Assembly (NCBI GenBank): GCA_026392115.1
Contig: JAPLCQ010000035.1
Location: forward strand, 2,914-66,913
From: Armatimonadota bacterium
Lineage (GTDB): Bacteria; Armatimonadota; Chthonomonadetes; Chthonomonadales; CAJBBX01
Direction: 5' to 3'
DNA: 64,000 nucleotides
Position 1 is the first letter of the stretch. Each line of letters opens with the position of its first letter. Positions 25,863 through 34,959 of this stretch are shown here, in pieces. The notes beneath the pieces are model-generated. The model searched no databases. It saw nothing but the letters and a program-made list of their open reading frames with translations, and had not been told where the DNA came from. Position numbers and translations under genes: made by a program.

Positions 25863-26951
25863 TCAGGCGATCTCGAGCATCCGCTCCAGTGCGGCCCGTG
25901 CGTGGGGCTTCACGTCCGGCGGCACCGCGACGCGGTTCACCACGCGCCCTTCTGCCAGGTTTTCCAGCACCCAGGCCAGGTAGCGCGGGTGGATGCGGTA
26001 CATGGTGGAGCAGGGGCAGACAACCGGATCGAGGCAGAAGATGGTGCGGTCGGGGAAGCGCTCGGCGAGGCGATGCACCAGGTTGATCTCGGTACCGACC
26101 CCCCAGACGCTGCCCGGTTCCGAAGCGGTGATCGCCGCCACGATGGCCTCGGTCGAGCCGTTGAGGTCGGCTGCTTGCACCACGTCCAGCGTACATTCGG
26201 GGTGGACGATGACCTGGACGCCGGAGTGTGCCGCCCGCGCCTGCTCGATCTGCTCCACGGTGAAGCGCATGTGGACGGAGCAGTGGCCTTTCCAGAGGAT
26301 CAGCGTCGAGGCGGCGAGCCGTTCGGCCGTGTTGCCGCCGACGGCCAGGGCGGGGTCCCACATGGCCGTGTCTTGATGGGCGTCGAGGCCCATGGCCACG
26401 CCGGTGTTCCGCGCCAGGTGCTGGTCCGGGAAGAAGAGCACGCGGCGGCCCTGTGTCAGGGCCCACTCCAGCACCTGTCGTGCGTTGGACGAGGTGCAGC
26501 AGGCGCCACCATGCCTCCCAACGAACGCCTTGATGGCGGCGGTGGAGTTCACGTAGGTGACCGGCACCACGTCCGCTGTACCGCCGTTGGCATCGATCTC
26601 GCTCCAGGCGCGCTCCACCTGGCCGATGCCCGCCATGTCCGCCATGGAGCAACCCGCGGAGAGGTTGGGCAGGATGACCGTCTGGTCGTCCGACGTGAGT
26701 ATGTCCGCCGACTCGGCCATAAAGTGGACGCCGCAGAAGACCACCGTGGGCCACGAGCCCGAGGCGGCCACGCGGGAGAGCTTGAAGCTGTCACCGATGT
26801 GGTCTGCCCAGCGGATGATCTCGTCGCGCTGGTAGTGGTGCCCGAGGATGACCACGGAGTCGCCCAGCGCCTTCCGCGCCCCGGCGATGGCGTCGGCGGC
26901 CTCGGCGGGCGAGAGGCCGGAGTAGTCGGGCGGAAGGGGTGGCTGGAACAT
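25863..26951 (-). CDS. nadA: Quinolinate synthase
   Basis: The ATG at 26951 is preceded by AGGAG with a 6-nt spacer. Contains ILGHHYQRDEII, GDSFKLS and conserved Cys ligands (CSMA, CTSSNA, CPCSTM). Confidence 0.9.
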   Translation of the reverse strand: MFQPPLPPDYSGLSPAEAADAIAGARKALGDSVVILGHHYQRDEIIRWADHIGDSFKLSRVAASGSWPTVVFCGVHFMAESADILTSDDQTVILPNLSAGCSMADMAGIGQVERAWSEIDANGGTADVVPVTYVNSTAAIKAFVGRHGGACCTSSNARQVLEWALTQGRRVLFFPDQHLARNTGVAMGLDAHQDTAMWDPALAVGGNTAERLAASTLILWKGHCSVHMRFTVEQIEQARAAHSGVQVIVHPECTLDVVQAADLNGSTEAIVAAITASEPGSVWGVGTEINLVHRLAERFPDRTIFCLDPVVCPCSTMYRIHPRYLAWVLENLAEGRVVNRVAVPPDVKPHARAALERMLEIA

Positions 26952-26953
26952 GG

Positions 26954-27355
26954 CTAGCTCCTGTCGGCGCCGCCGGCCCCACCGGCGGGGCGGCATCGCT
27001 CGATCTCAACGCCGGCCAGGCGGGCGGGCGTCGGCATGGGCGGGTTCAGCTTGGCCACGCGGAGCCTCACCCGATTGCAGCCGTCCAGTTTCAGCAACTG
27101 CTGTGCCAGCCGTTCGGTCAGCGTCTCCACCAGCCGATAGGGCGTGCGGCAGGCCTCGTCCACGAGGGTTTGCGCGACCAGGCCGTAGTCGACGGTCTTG
27201 GCAAGGTCGTCGTCCAGGGCCGCGGGCCGCACGTCGAGCCAGAGCGACACATCGGCCGTGAACCGGTGACCCACGCGCCGCTCCTCGGCGGAGACGCCGT
27301 GGTACGCATAGAACTCAATGCCTTCTACGAAGACGCGATCCGGTTCGGCGCTCAT
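26954..27355 (-). CDS. folB: Dihydroneopterin aldolase
   Basis: Contains VFVEGIEFYAYHGVSAEERRVGHRF.VDVSL and DDLAKTVDYG. The longer track ORF overlaps the tRNA and was rejected. Confidence 0.85.
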   Translation of the reverse strand: MSAEPDRVFVEGIEFYAYHGVSAEERRVGHRFTADVSLWLDVRPAALDDDLAKTVDYGLVAQTLVDEACRTPYRLVETLTERLAQQLLKLDGCNRVRLRVAKLNPPMPTPARLAGVEIERCRPAGGAGGADRS

Positions 27356-27371
27356 CGAAGCGTTGCCCTGT

Positions 27372-27408
27372 AGAAACAACAAGCCGCGCACCCCAGGGGG
27401 CGCGCGGC
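27372..27408 (-). terminator. Intrinsic terminator downstream of tRNA-Asn
   Basis: An 11-bp GC stem (27408-27383) with loop CCUG is followed by UUGUUGUUUCU (27382-27372). Confidence 0.75.
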
Positions 27409-27417
27409 TGAGGGGGA

Positions 27418-27492
27418 TGGCTCCCCGTGGTAGATTCGAACTACCAACATTTCGGTTAACAGCCGAACGCTCTGCCATTGAGCTAACGGGGA
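27418..27492 (-). tRNA. tRNA-Asn (anticodon GTT), CCA encoded
   Basis: Cloverleaf folded by hand: acceptor TCCCCGT/ACGGGGA, D arm GCTC-AATGGCA-GAGC, anticodon arm TTCGG-CTGTTAA-CCGAA, T arm GGTAG-TTCGAAT-CTACC, discriminator G, then CCA. Confidence 0.95.
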
Positions 27493-27519
27493 ACGGTGGT
27501 GGTGACCCACGACGTGGGG

Positions 27520-27550
27520 ATTATACCCCGCCCCCGTGCGGGGCTGTCAA
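27520..27550 (-). promoter_or_regulatory. Candidate promoter of tRNA-Asn
   Basis: TTGACA (27550-27545) and a perfect TATAAT (27525-27520), but with a long 19-nt spacer. Confidence 0.45.
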
Positions 27551-27696
27551 CGCTTGCGGCAGGCATCGTGCGGCGCGGCTTCGTCCATGGTGGCTCGGGC
27601 CTCCGTGCCCGGGTCCGCCGTGGCTGGGGCGCACCAATGGACTCGATCCGGCACGCGCGGCGGCGGCGGTCTGTGGCATGGTCCTCGCCGGTTGCG

Positions 27697-29433
27697 CTAC
27701 CGCCGTAGGATCATGGGTATGAGCTGCGCCAGCACGATCTTGGCGATGATGGCCACGGGGTACATGCCGGCGAACGCCACTGCCTGCGAATCAGTGTCGG
27801 CCAGGGCCGTGGCCGCGCTCAGGCCGGGGGAACTGGTCATCACGCCGCCCAAGGCCCCGGCGGCCGTGAGCAGGTTCCACCTGAGCACCCGAAGCATCAT
27901 GAAGAGCGCCGTGCCCACGCCCACCAGCGTCACCGTCGCGCCAGCTAGCACTATTTGCGGCCCCGCCTCGCGCACGACGGCCGCGAAGTGCTGCCCGGCC
28001 TCCAGCCCGGCGCCCGCCAGGAAGATGACCAGCCCCAGTTCACGGGCCAGCAGCTTGGCGGCCGTGGGCACATAGACGCGCCATTTGCCGATGTGCCCGA
28101 AGTGGCCCAGCGCCAGGGCGACGATGAAGGCCCCACCGCCTGCGCCCAGTCGCGTCTGCAGTCCGCCCGGCATGGGCAGTGGCAGCATCCCGACCACGGC
28201 GCCCAGCGCGATGCCGAGCACGAAGGGGACCAGGCTGGTCTCGTCCAGCCGCCGCTCCTCCTGCCCGACGGCCTCCTGGAAGGCCGCCACGCCGGACCGT
28301 GCGCCGACCACGCGCAGCGTGTCTCCCGGCTCGATCTCCAGGCTCCCGGCGGGCGTGAACTCCAGCCCCTCGCGGCGAACGCGTGTGACCACCACGCCGT
28401 AGGCGCTGGCGGGGTCGAGGTCGCCCAGCCGCTTGCCGAAGGCCGCGGGCCGGCTCACCACGATGTCCTCGGCCGTGACGACGCCGGTGGGATCATCCAT
28501 TGGCTCTTCCACACGCGCTCCCAGCACCGCCTCCAGCTTGGCGTGCTCGGTTTCCACCGCAACCGCCATGATAACGTCGCGCAGTTGGATGGTCAGCGCC
28601 GGGGTCACGGGCACCACCGTCCCCTCACGCTTGAGCCGTGAGTAGGAGGCGTCGACCAGCTTCGCGTTTTGCAGTTGCGCCACGGTGCGGCCGGCTACGT
28701 TGGGGTTCGTGACGCGGTACGCCACGGCGCGCAGCGAGGGCGAGAGGACCTCGGCGTCCGAGCGGGCTTGCACTATCGCCTGGGCCACCGGCGTGCGGAG
28801 GAGAGCCGGCAGCAACTGCACCAGCAGCACCACGGTCAGCGTGGAGAACGGGTAGGCGATGCCGTAGCCGACGGAGGCCTGGCTTACGTCGCCGGGGAAG
28901 AGCGACCCCGCGATGTCGCGGACCGCGGCAAGCGCCGGAGTGCAGGTGAGCGCACCCGTGAAGACGCCGCCCGCCAGCGTGGGCCGGATATGCAGCGCCA
29001 TGGCCAGGCCCAGCGTCGTCAGGCTCGCGGCGCCGATGGAGACTGCCGCCACGCTGAAGTAGGCCTTGCCCCGCCGTCGGTACACGCTCAGGAACTGCGG
29101 TCCGGCTTGCAGGCCCACCGGGTAGACGAAGAGGAGCAGGCCGAGATCGGTGAGCACTCGGGGCAGCGTGAGCATCTCAGGCTGGGCGGCCAGCCAGTCG
29201 GCGGGCAGGTACTGGCGGCAGTGTCCCACAAGCAGCGCGACGAAGAGCACGCCGGACGCGCCGAGCGACACGCCGCGGAACCGGAGCGATCCGGCCCAGG
29301 CGCCGACGCCGATGATTGTGAACAGCGCGAACAGGGGAGATGTTAGGAGTTGGGCTGGTAACCCTGGCATATGGCATGGGACGGCGGCGCGCGGCCCTAA
29401 GTGCGAGGCTTCCCGCGCCGCCTGTCCCATCAT
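27697..29433 (-). CDS. AspT/YidE/YbjL-family transporter (duplicated membrane domain with central RCK_C/TrkA-C-like domains)
   Basis: Two homologous 5-6 TM halves flank about 170 soluble residues. GGGGG lies 4 nt before ATG 29433. ATG 29370 is an alternative start. Confidence 0.75.
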   Translation of the reverse strand: MMGQAAREASHLGPRAAVPCHMPGLPAQLLTSPLFALFTIIGVGAWAGSLRFRGVSLGASGVLFVALLVGHCRQYLPADWLAAQPEMLTLPRVLTDLGLLLFVYPVGLQAGPQFLSVYRRRGKAYFSVAAVSIGAASLTTLGLAMALHIRPTLAGGVFTGALTCTPALAAVRDIAGSLFPGDVSQASVGYGIAYPFSTLTVVLLVQLLPALLRTPVAQAIVQARSDAEVLSPSLRAVAYRVTNPNVAGRTVAQLQNAKLVDASYSRLKREGTVVPVTPALTIQLRDVIMAVAVETEHAKLEAVLGARVEEPMDDPTGVVTAEDIVVSRPAAFGKRLGDLDPASAYGVVVTRVRREGLEFTPAGSLEIEPGDTLRVVGARSGVAAFQEAVGQEERRLDETSLVPFVLGIALGAVVGMLPLPMPGGLQTRLGAGGGAFIVALALGHFGHIGKWRVYVPTAAKLLARELGLVIFLAGAGLEAGQHFAAVVREAGPQIVLAGATVTLVGVGTALFMMLRVLRWNLLTAAGALGGVMTSSPGLSAATALADTDSQAVAFAGMYPVAIIAKIVLAQLIPMILRR

Positions 29434-29448
29434 GGTACCCCCGGCGCG

Positions 29449-30639
29449 CTACGGGGCTGCGGCGCCCTCCAGCAGCCACGCCTCGGAGAAGACGGCGTGC
29501 CTGATGGCTGAGCCGCCGCTTGCGGGGCCGTACCGGTAGGTGGCGTGAAGTGAGCCGTTCCTGGCCTGGATGATCGACGGGTAGCCGTAGGAGCCGGCGG
29601 CCGGCCCCGGCTCGTCGCGCTCGAGGTACCGGGCCAACTTCCACGTGCGGCCCTCATCCTCGGAGAGGTGGACCGCCAGCCGGTGGCGGCCTGATTCGGT
29701 ATCGTTGTTCACCAGGATCCAACGCCCGCTGGTCAGCCGTATCGCCTCAAGGCCCGCGCCCGGGTCCGGCACGTCGATGTCGCGCGGGGTGGTCCACGTC
29801 ACGCCCTGGTCGGCTGACTCGGCGGCCATGACGCGCTGGGGCGGCGGTCCGTTGTCGCGGAAGTAGGCCGCCAGCGATCCGTCGCGCCGCTCAACCACGC
29901 TGGGCTGCACCGCCCCGGCCGCGACGATGGGCCGGCTGCAGCTCCATGTGCGGCCCTGGTCATCGGAGAGGGCCATCATGGAGAAGTCGAAGCCGTCGGA
30001 GTAGAGCGGCAGGATGATGCGTCCCGAGCGAAGCGTGGTGGGGTGTGCGCGCGGCATCCAGCCCAGGCGCACCGAGAGCTTCCGTTCTGCCTTCTCGCGC
30101 ACGTCGGCAAGGTAGCCGTCCAGCTTGGCACGGTCCTCGGGCCCGGCCACGGCGCGGTAGTGCTCCCAGACGCCCGGTAGCGCGGCCTTCACCTGGGCGC
30201 CGAACGCCTCATCGGGCTTCAGCAGCACGACCGCCCGCATATCGAAGGCCGGCGAGCCGCTCCGCTGCATGAAGCGCGAGGCGTCCCACTGGTTCAGGAG
30301 GGCCGACTCCCACTGGTTGTCGATGATCGTGGGCCAGAAGAGCAGCAGCCGCTTGTCCCGGGTGATCGTCATGCAGGGGTTGCAGTCCGGGAATCCGCGC
30401 GTGTCGGCCATGAGGAACGGGGCGCTCCACTTACCGGTGGAGGGGCTGAAGCGGGCGCCCATGATGACGACGTCGTCGGCGGTCCGCTCGCCTGAGCCCC
30501 GGTACCAGCAGGCCAGTAAGCGGCCGTCCGGACACTCCACGACGCAGCTGCCGTGGTTGTGCTTCGGCTCGACCTGAGCGATCAGGTGGTACCGGGGCGG
30601 CGCTGCGGCCGGCTGGGCGGGGGCAAAGGCGAGCGGCAT
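29449..30639 (-). CDS. BNR/Asp-box repeat protein, sialidase-like beta-propeller, no signal peptide
   Basis: Three Asp-boxes are present: SDDQGRTW, SADQGVTW, SEDEGRTW. TAGGAGGA precedes the ATG. Confidence 0.75.
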   Translation of the reverse strand: MPLAFAPAQPAAAPPRYHLIAQVEPKHNHGSCVVECPDGRLLACWYRGSGERTADDVVIMGARFSPSTGKWSAPFLMADTRGFPDCNPCMTITRDKRLLLFWPTIIDNQWESALLNQWDASRFMQRSGSPAFDMRAVVLLKPDEAFGAQVKAALPGVWEHYRAVAGPEDRAKLDGYLADVREKAERKLSVRLGWMPRAHPTTLRSGRIILPLYSDGFDFSMMALSDDQGRTWSCSRPIVAAGAVQPSVVERRDGSLAAYFRDNGPPPQRVMAAESADQGVTWTTPRDIDVPDPGAGLEAIRLTSGRWILVNNDTESGRHRLAVHLSEDEGRTWKLARYLERDEPGPAAGSYGYPSIIQARNGSLHATYRYGPASGGSAIRHAVFSEAWLLEGAAAP

Positions 30640-30648
30640 CGAATCCTC

Positions 30649-31683
30649 CTACAGGACGGCTTCCAGTTCGGCCAGCCGCACATGCTTGCCTGTGGCGGCC
30701 GCGTGGTCGAGGGCGAGGCAGACCTCGTGGGTCTTTACGGCGTCGGCGAGGTTCACGTGCGACTCCTTGCCCGTGAGGATGCAGTCGACGAAGTGGTCAA
30801 CCTCGCCTTCGAACGGGTGGTGCGTCACGTCGCCGCTGTCGGGGCGGATCGTCGGCGTGTCCATCCAGCCGGTCTGCCCCGCGAAGAACTCCTTGGCGAA
30901 GATGCGATTGTCGCGGATGGCGCCCTTGTCGCCCAGCAGGTCGATGTTCAGCGCGTAGGGGCACTGGACGTCGAAGCTGGCCGAGACCTTGGCGATGGCG
31001 CCCGAGGCCATCGTCAGGATGCCCACAAGGTTCGTGTCGTACTCGTAGTCCGGGTTGATCTTGTTGGAGTAGGCGGCGACCTCCACCACCTCGTCGCCCG
31101 TCAGGTACCGCAGGGCATCGACGGCGTGGCAACCCGCCGAGAGCAGCACGGAGCCGGCGATCTCCTTCTTCACGTTCCATTCGTACTGCCGGTACTGCGG
31201 CCCGATGTTGTGCCAGTAATCGACCTCGGCGTAAAAGACCTTGCCGATGGCCTCCTTGTCCATCATGCTGCGGATCCACATGAACTCGGGGTTCCAGTGG
31301 AGCACGAAGCTGACGACGGTCCTGACGCCCGACCTGCGCACTGCCTCGGCCATGGCCCGCAGCGAGGCCAGGTCGTTGGCGGCCGCCTTCTCGATGAGCA
31401 CGTGCTTGCCGGCGCCGGCGGCGGCGATGGTCTCGGTCGGGTGCTGGTTCGGCGGCGAGCAGAGCGAGATGGCCTGCACGTTCGGATCGGAGGTCAGGTC
31501 GCCGTAGTCCGAGACGATGCGCACATCGCCCAGTCCCATCTCTGATGCAATCCGGCGGGCCGCGTCAGGCCGCCGGCTGCAGAGCGCGGTGACCTGCGTG
31601 GCGGGGTTCTTCATGTAGGCCCGGATGTGCTCGGTCGAGACCCAGCCCAGGCCATGTACGGCGACTCCCAGCGTGTCTGCCAT
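30649..31683 (-). CDS. Gfo/Idh/MocA family oxidoreductase
   Basis: Has an N-terminal Rossmann fold (VAVHGLGWVSTEHIRAY) and EKAAA (family EKP-like motif). GAAGGAGGA Shine-Dalgarno upstream. Confidence 0.85.
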   Translation of the reverse strand: MADTLGVAVHGLGWVSTEHIRAYMKNPATQVTALCSRRPDAARRIASEMGLGDVRIVSDYGDLTSDPNVQAISLCSPPNQHPTETIAAAGAGKHVLIEKAAANDLASLRAMAEAVRRSGVRTVVSFVLHWNPEFMWIRSMMDKEAIGKVFYAEVDYWHNIGPQYRQYEWNVKKEIAGSVLLSAGCHAVDALRYLTGDEVVEVAAYSNKINPDYEYDTNLVGILTMASGAIAKVSASFDVQCPYALNIDLLGDKGAIRDNRIFAKEFFAGQTGWMDTPTIRPDSGDVTHHPFEGEVDHFVDCILTGKESHVNLADAVKTHEVCLALDHAAATGKHVRLAELEAVL

Positions 31684-31834
31684 AGTCGTCCTCCTTCTCC
31701 CGACGCCCGCGTGCGATGCGCGCCGCGGTGCGCCGGAGTTGCTTCATGTTTCGCCGCGCCGGGCCGCCTCTCCTCTGTCTGGTAGACTCAGCCGTGGCCA
31801 TGCGGCGCCAAACCGGCCTAGATGGAGCGAAACC

Positions 31835-33793
31835 TTGGCGGATTTGCCTTCGCGCACACTCGATGTCCTGCGCCAGTTGCGGGCGGCGTACCCTCGGACC
31901 CCCTTCCTTGCGCTGGGGCAGACGATCTGGTGGGACGAACCCATGAAGGCGTCACTTCTCGCCTGCCTGCAGCATGCCGATCTCGGCGGCGCCATGGTGC
32001 TGGGCGTGCACGACACGGACTACTTCGCCAAGGCCCTGCTCGGCGGCGCGTCTGCGACCGGCTTCGAGTTGGTGCCGCACAACGACGGCTCCACACGCGA
32101 CCTCTGGTCGGCCGCCGGCGAGATATCGCGGCTCTTCGGGGCGGAATGCGTGCCTACCCGCCACGACCTGCTGCGCCACGGCGTGCCGCTCCGCAGGCTG
32201 GCCGGACGGGCCGAGTCGCCGGGCGCCTTCGTTGACGAGGTGACCGAGGCCTGGGGCTGGCGCGGCCTGGTCTACACCGGTTCCCGCGACGTGCTCGTGC
32301 GCGATATCCGTCTGAAGGACGTCGGCCCGGCCCTGAAGCAGCTCCTCGACTACGGCTTCCACGGCACGCTGGAGTGCCTGCCCGAGGAGCGTCGTCCCGC
32401 CGCCCGGCAGTTGGCTGACGGCCTGCTGGCCCGGTGCGGCGAGTTCTGCCGGACCAGGCCCGACGCAACGCTCACCGACCTCTACCGTTACGGCTATCCG
32501 ATCCTGTTCGAGATGATGCTTGGCCGCGCACCCGCCAACGTAACGGTTACGGCGACGTCGGAACTGCTGGAGTTCAGCCCGGCGCAGGTAGCCTCCCCTC
32601 GGTGGCGGCTCCTGGATGCGTTCCTGCGGCCGGCCACGCGGGCGGCGGCGCGATGGGCCTATAACACGGCGGTGGCCGGCTCGGAGATGTATGGGCTGGA
32701 CCAGTTCGGCCTGGGGGCGCTACCCTTTGACGCCGTGGCGCCGGGCGTGGGCCGCGGCACGCTGCGGGTCACCCGCCGCGCCGTCCACATCGACGCCCGC
32801 AAGCCCGTCCGCATTCGTACAGAAAAGCCTATAGAGTCCGCTGACGAGCTTGCGGAGCTCCTGGAGCGCCACTTCGGGCCGGGCGTGGTGGTGGTGGGGA
32901 AGGCCGTAACGCTGGTCCTGATGCTCGCGGCCGAGCATATGTTCGTCTTCAACGAGGAGGGCTCGGCCTACGTGTGCCGCACCCGCAAGCTGAACCACCT
33001 GCTGCGCGAGGCCGGGATCGTGGTGCCTGTCCACCCGCTCTTGAGGCTTCGGTATGCGACGTGGGATGCCCTGGGTGGCGTCGACACATCGTTCAACCTG
33101 CCGGACCACATGGCTTCGGCATTCGGGGCGCCCGTCGTCACGGCCGCGCGGTTCGCACAGGGCTGGCGGCCGGCGCTCGATGGGCAGAAGGCGCTGATGG
33201 AGAAGCTGAAGCGCACTCGGAAGCCCCGGAAGCTGATGGCCTTCCTGGAGGCGAGCGAGGGGGCGCAATGGACCGAGAGGATGCGCGAGTACGACGAGGC
33301 CGCCCGTCAGCTCATGGACGTCTCCGCGGTGGCCGAGGCCGTCCGCGCACGCCTCCGCGCCTTGCATGAGCGTTGCCGACAGGTGCGCCGCGAACTCGAC
33401 ACCACGCAGCTACTGATGGGTGAGCACTTCCGATCAACGGCGCTCTGGACCGATGAGGCCGTGGCCGCCCGGAACGACTACAGCGCCTCCATCGCCCGCC
33501 TCATCGCGCACCGTAACGCCCTGCGTGCGGATATTGCCAAGCATCGCCGGGCGCTGATGGACCTGGAGCGCGGCCCCATGCCCGTGGCCGCGCGCCGGGC
33601 CATGCGGGTCATAGAGGACCAGGCCGAGCTCGCCCGGCTACGGCTTGTGCGGGGAGCGTTGATGATGACGCGTGGAATGGTACATGCGCAACACAGGCCC
33701 GCAGCTTGGTGGTTCCCTATGGCCGACCCGAGCGGGAAGTGGTTCGGAGCGACGGTGGCGTCCTTGGACGCCTATACGGAGGCGCTGGTCTAG
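31835..33793 (+). CDS. Large hypothetical protein (~652 aa) with a C-terminal coiled-coil region; no recognisable domain
   Basis: The ORF is open from 31625, but its first 70 codons overlap the divergent gene and look non-coding. TTG 31835 has GGAG 7 nt upstream. The codon pattern is coding-like throughout. Confidence 0.6.
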   Translation: MADLPSRTLDVLRQLRAAYPRTPFLALGQTIWWDEPMKASLLACLQHADLGGAMVLGVHDTDYFAKALLGGASATGFELVPHNDGSTRDLWSAAGEISRLFGAECVPTRHDLLRHGVPLRRLAGRAESPGAFVDEVTEAWGWRGLVYTGSRDVLVRDIRLKDVGPALKQLLDYGFHGTLECLPEERRPAARQLADGLLARCGEFCRTRPDATLTDLYRYGYPILFEMMLGRAPANVTVTATSELLEFSPAQVASPRWRLLDAFLRPATRAAARWAYNTAVAGSEMYGLDQFGLGALPFDAVAPGVGRGTLRVTRRAVHIDARKPVRIRTEKPIESADELAELLERHFGPGVVVVGKAVTLVLMLAAEHMFVFNEEGSAYVCRTRKLNHLLREAGIVVPVHPLLRLRYATWDALGGVDTSFNLPDHMASAFGAPVVTAARFAQGWRPALDGQKALMEKLKRTRKPRKLMAFLEASEGAQWTERMREYDEAARQLMDVSAVAEAVRARLRALHERCRQVRRELDTTQLLMGEHFRSTALWTDEAVAARNDYSASIARLIAHRNALRADIAKHRRALMDLERGPMPVAARRAMRVIEDQAELARLRLVRGALMMTRGMVHAQHRPAAWWFPMADPSGKWFGATVASLDAYTEALV

Positions 33794-34908
33794 GCTTCCA
33801 GTTCGTCGGGTAGCGCCTGGCGGCCGGCTCGGGCGCGAATCGCGGCGATCTCGCCCTCCTCGACGGCACGCTCGAACGAGCGGAAGCCGGCGAGGCGGAA
33901 CCCGTGCCTGTCGCATATCTCACTGATCTCGGCGACCTGACCCACACTTACATCCTTACCCAGCGTGAAGCTCTCCATGCGCCCCTCCAGCGTCAGGGCC
34001 ATGGTTTCCGACATGCAGGCGTAGGCCGTGCCGGGCGGGAAGCCGAAGCTGAAGTGACGGCCTGAACTGAGGCTGGTGCATGCCACCGGGCCGGGCACCT
34101 GCACGACGCCGCCCTCGATGATGAGCACATCGTCGCGCTCGCGCGCCACGCTTACGCTCACGTCCCTGGGCCGCGCAACGTCGCAGACGACGGCTCCGCG
34201 CTTGATATGCCGGGGCTGGACGATGGCCTCCGCAGCGCTGCTGACCGCGATGACGATGTCGGCGTCGCGCAGGCCCGCGGCGATGTCAGTGGTCTGGGTC
34301 ACCTGCGCATGGGCGCCCGGCGCAAGCCGCTCCTGCAGAGCCGCCAGCTTGTCCGTCGAGCGTCCGATCAGGACCACATGCGCAACGTCCCGCGCCAACA
34401 CCTCGGCGCAGGTGGCGCCCACGGAGCCGGTGGCCCCGATGACTGCGGCGGTGGCCTCAGAGGGCCGGATGCCCATCAGGCGGGCGCCGCGCTCGGCTCC
34501 GCGGAGGGCGGTGGCCACTGTATAGCTGTTTCCCGTCGTCACGGCGATGGAGAGCCGTTTGGCGAGAGTGATCCCGCCGTCGCCGACCACCGAGGTGAAC
34601 GCGCCAAGGCCCACGAGGCCGCAACCCAACTCCTCGGCAATGTGGCCGCACTTCTCAAGCTTGTCGTAGATTTGCTCGACCGGCAAGGTGAGGAACTGGC
34701 GCGGTGTGAAGGGGCACGCGATGAACCAGCCCTCGGTCTCGGCGCCGGTGGCCGACCGAATGCCGGTGATGTGGGCTACGGCCATGGGATCGCGCTTGGC
34801 GAAAACCCACTCGACGGCGCGCTCGGGCAGCAGCTTGGCGATGGGGTACCGCCGCGCGACGTCCCGCCGTGCGTTGAGGGGATGGATGATGAATGCGAAC
34901 TTGCCCAT
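33790..34908 (-). CDS. Homolog of cyanobacterial long-chain acyl-ACP reductase (AAR; COG5322-type dehydrogenase)
   Basis: From memory of AAR, these blocks align: GKFAFIIHP, GLGAFTS, TTGNSYT, Rossmann VIGATGSVG, the Cys-containing YACMSETMALTLEG, and C-terminal RHGF. Confidence 0.7.
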   Translation of the reverse strand: MGKFAFIIHPLNARRDVARRYPIAKLLPERAVEWVFAKRDPMAVAHITGIRSATGAETEGWFIACPFTPRQFLTLPVEQIYDKLEKCGHIAEELGCGLVGLGAFTSVVGDGGITLAKRLSIAVTTGNSYTVATALRGAERGARLMGIRPSEATAAVIGATGSVGATCAEVLARDVAHVVLIGRSTDKLAALQERLAPGAHAQVTQTTDIAAGLRDADIVIAVSSAAEAIVQPRHIKRGAVVCDVARPRDVSVSVARERDDVLIIEGGVVQVPGPVACTSLSSGRHFSFGFPPGTAYACMSETMALTLEGRMESFTLGKDVSVGQVAEISEICDRHGFRLAGFRSFERAVEEGEIAAIRARAGRQALPDELEA

Positions 34909-34959
34909 GGTTGGACGGAACGGGGGTGGCTGGCAGCGACGCCTTGGAGCCTGCCGGTC

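Noticed and set aside
31625-31834. The upstream 70 codons of the large orphan ORF.
   Set aside because: They overlap the divergent oxidoreductase start and promoter region and have non-protein-like composition. A TTG with a properly spaced GGAG lies at 31835.
33944-33952. ACACTTACA, which is identical to the right half of the lexA operator.
   Set aside because: It is only a half-site with no matching left half, and it lies inside the AAR-homolog coding region. It is probably a chance match.
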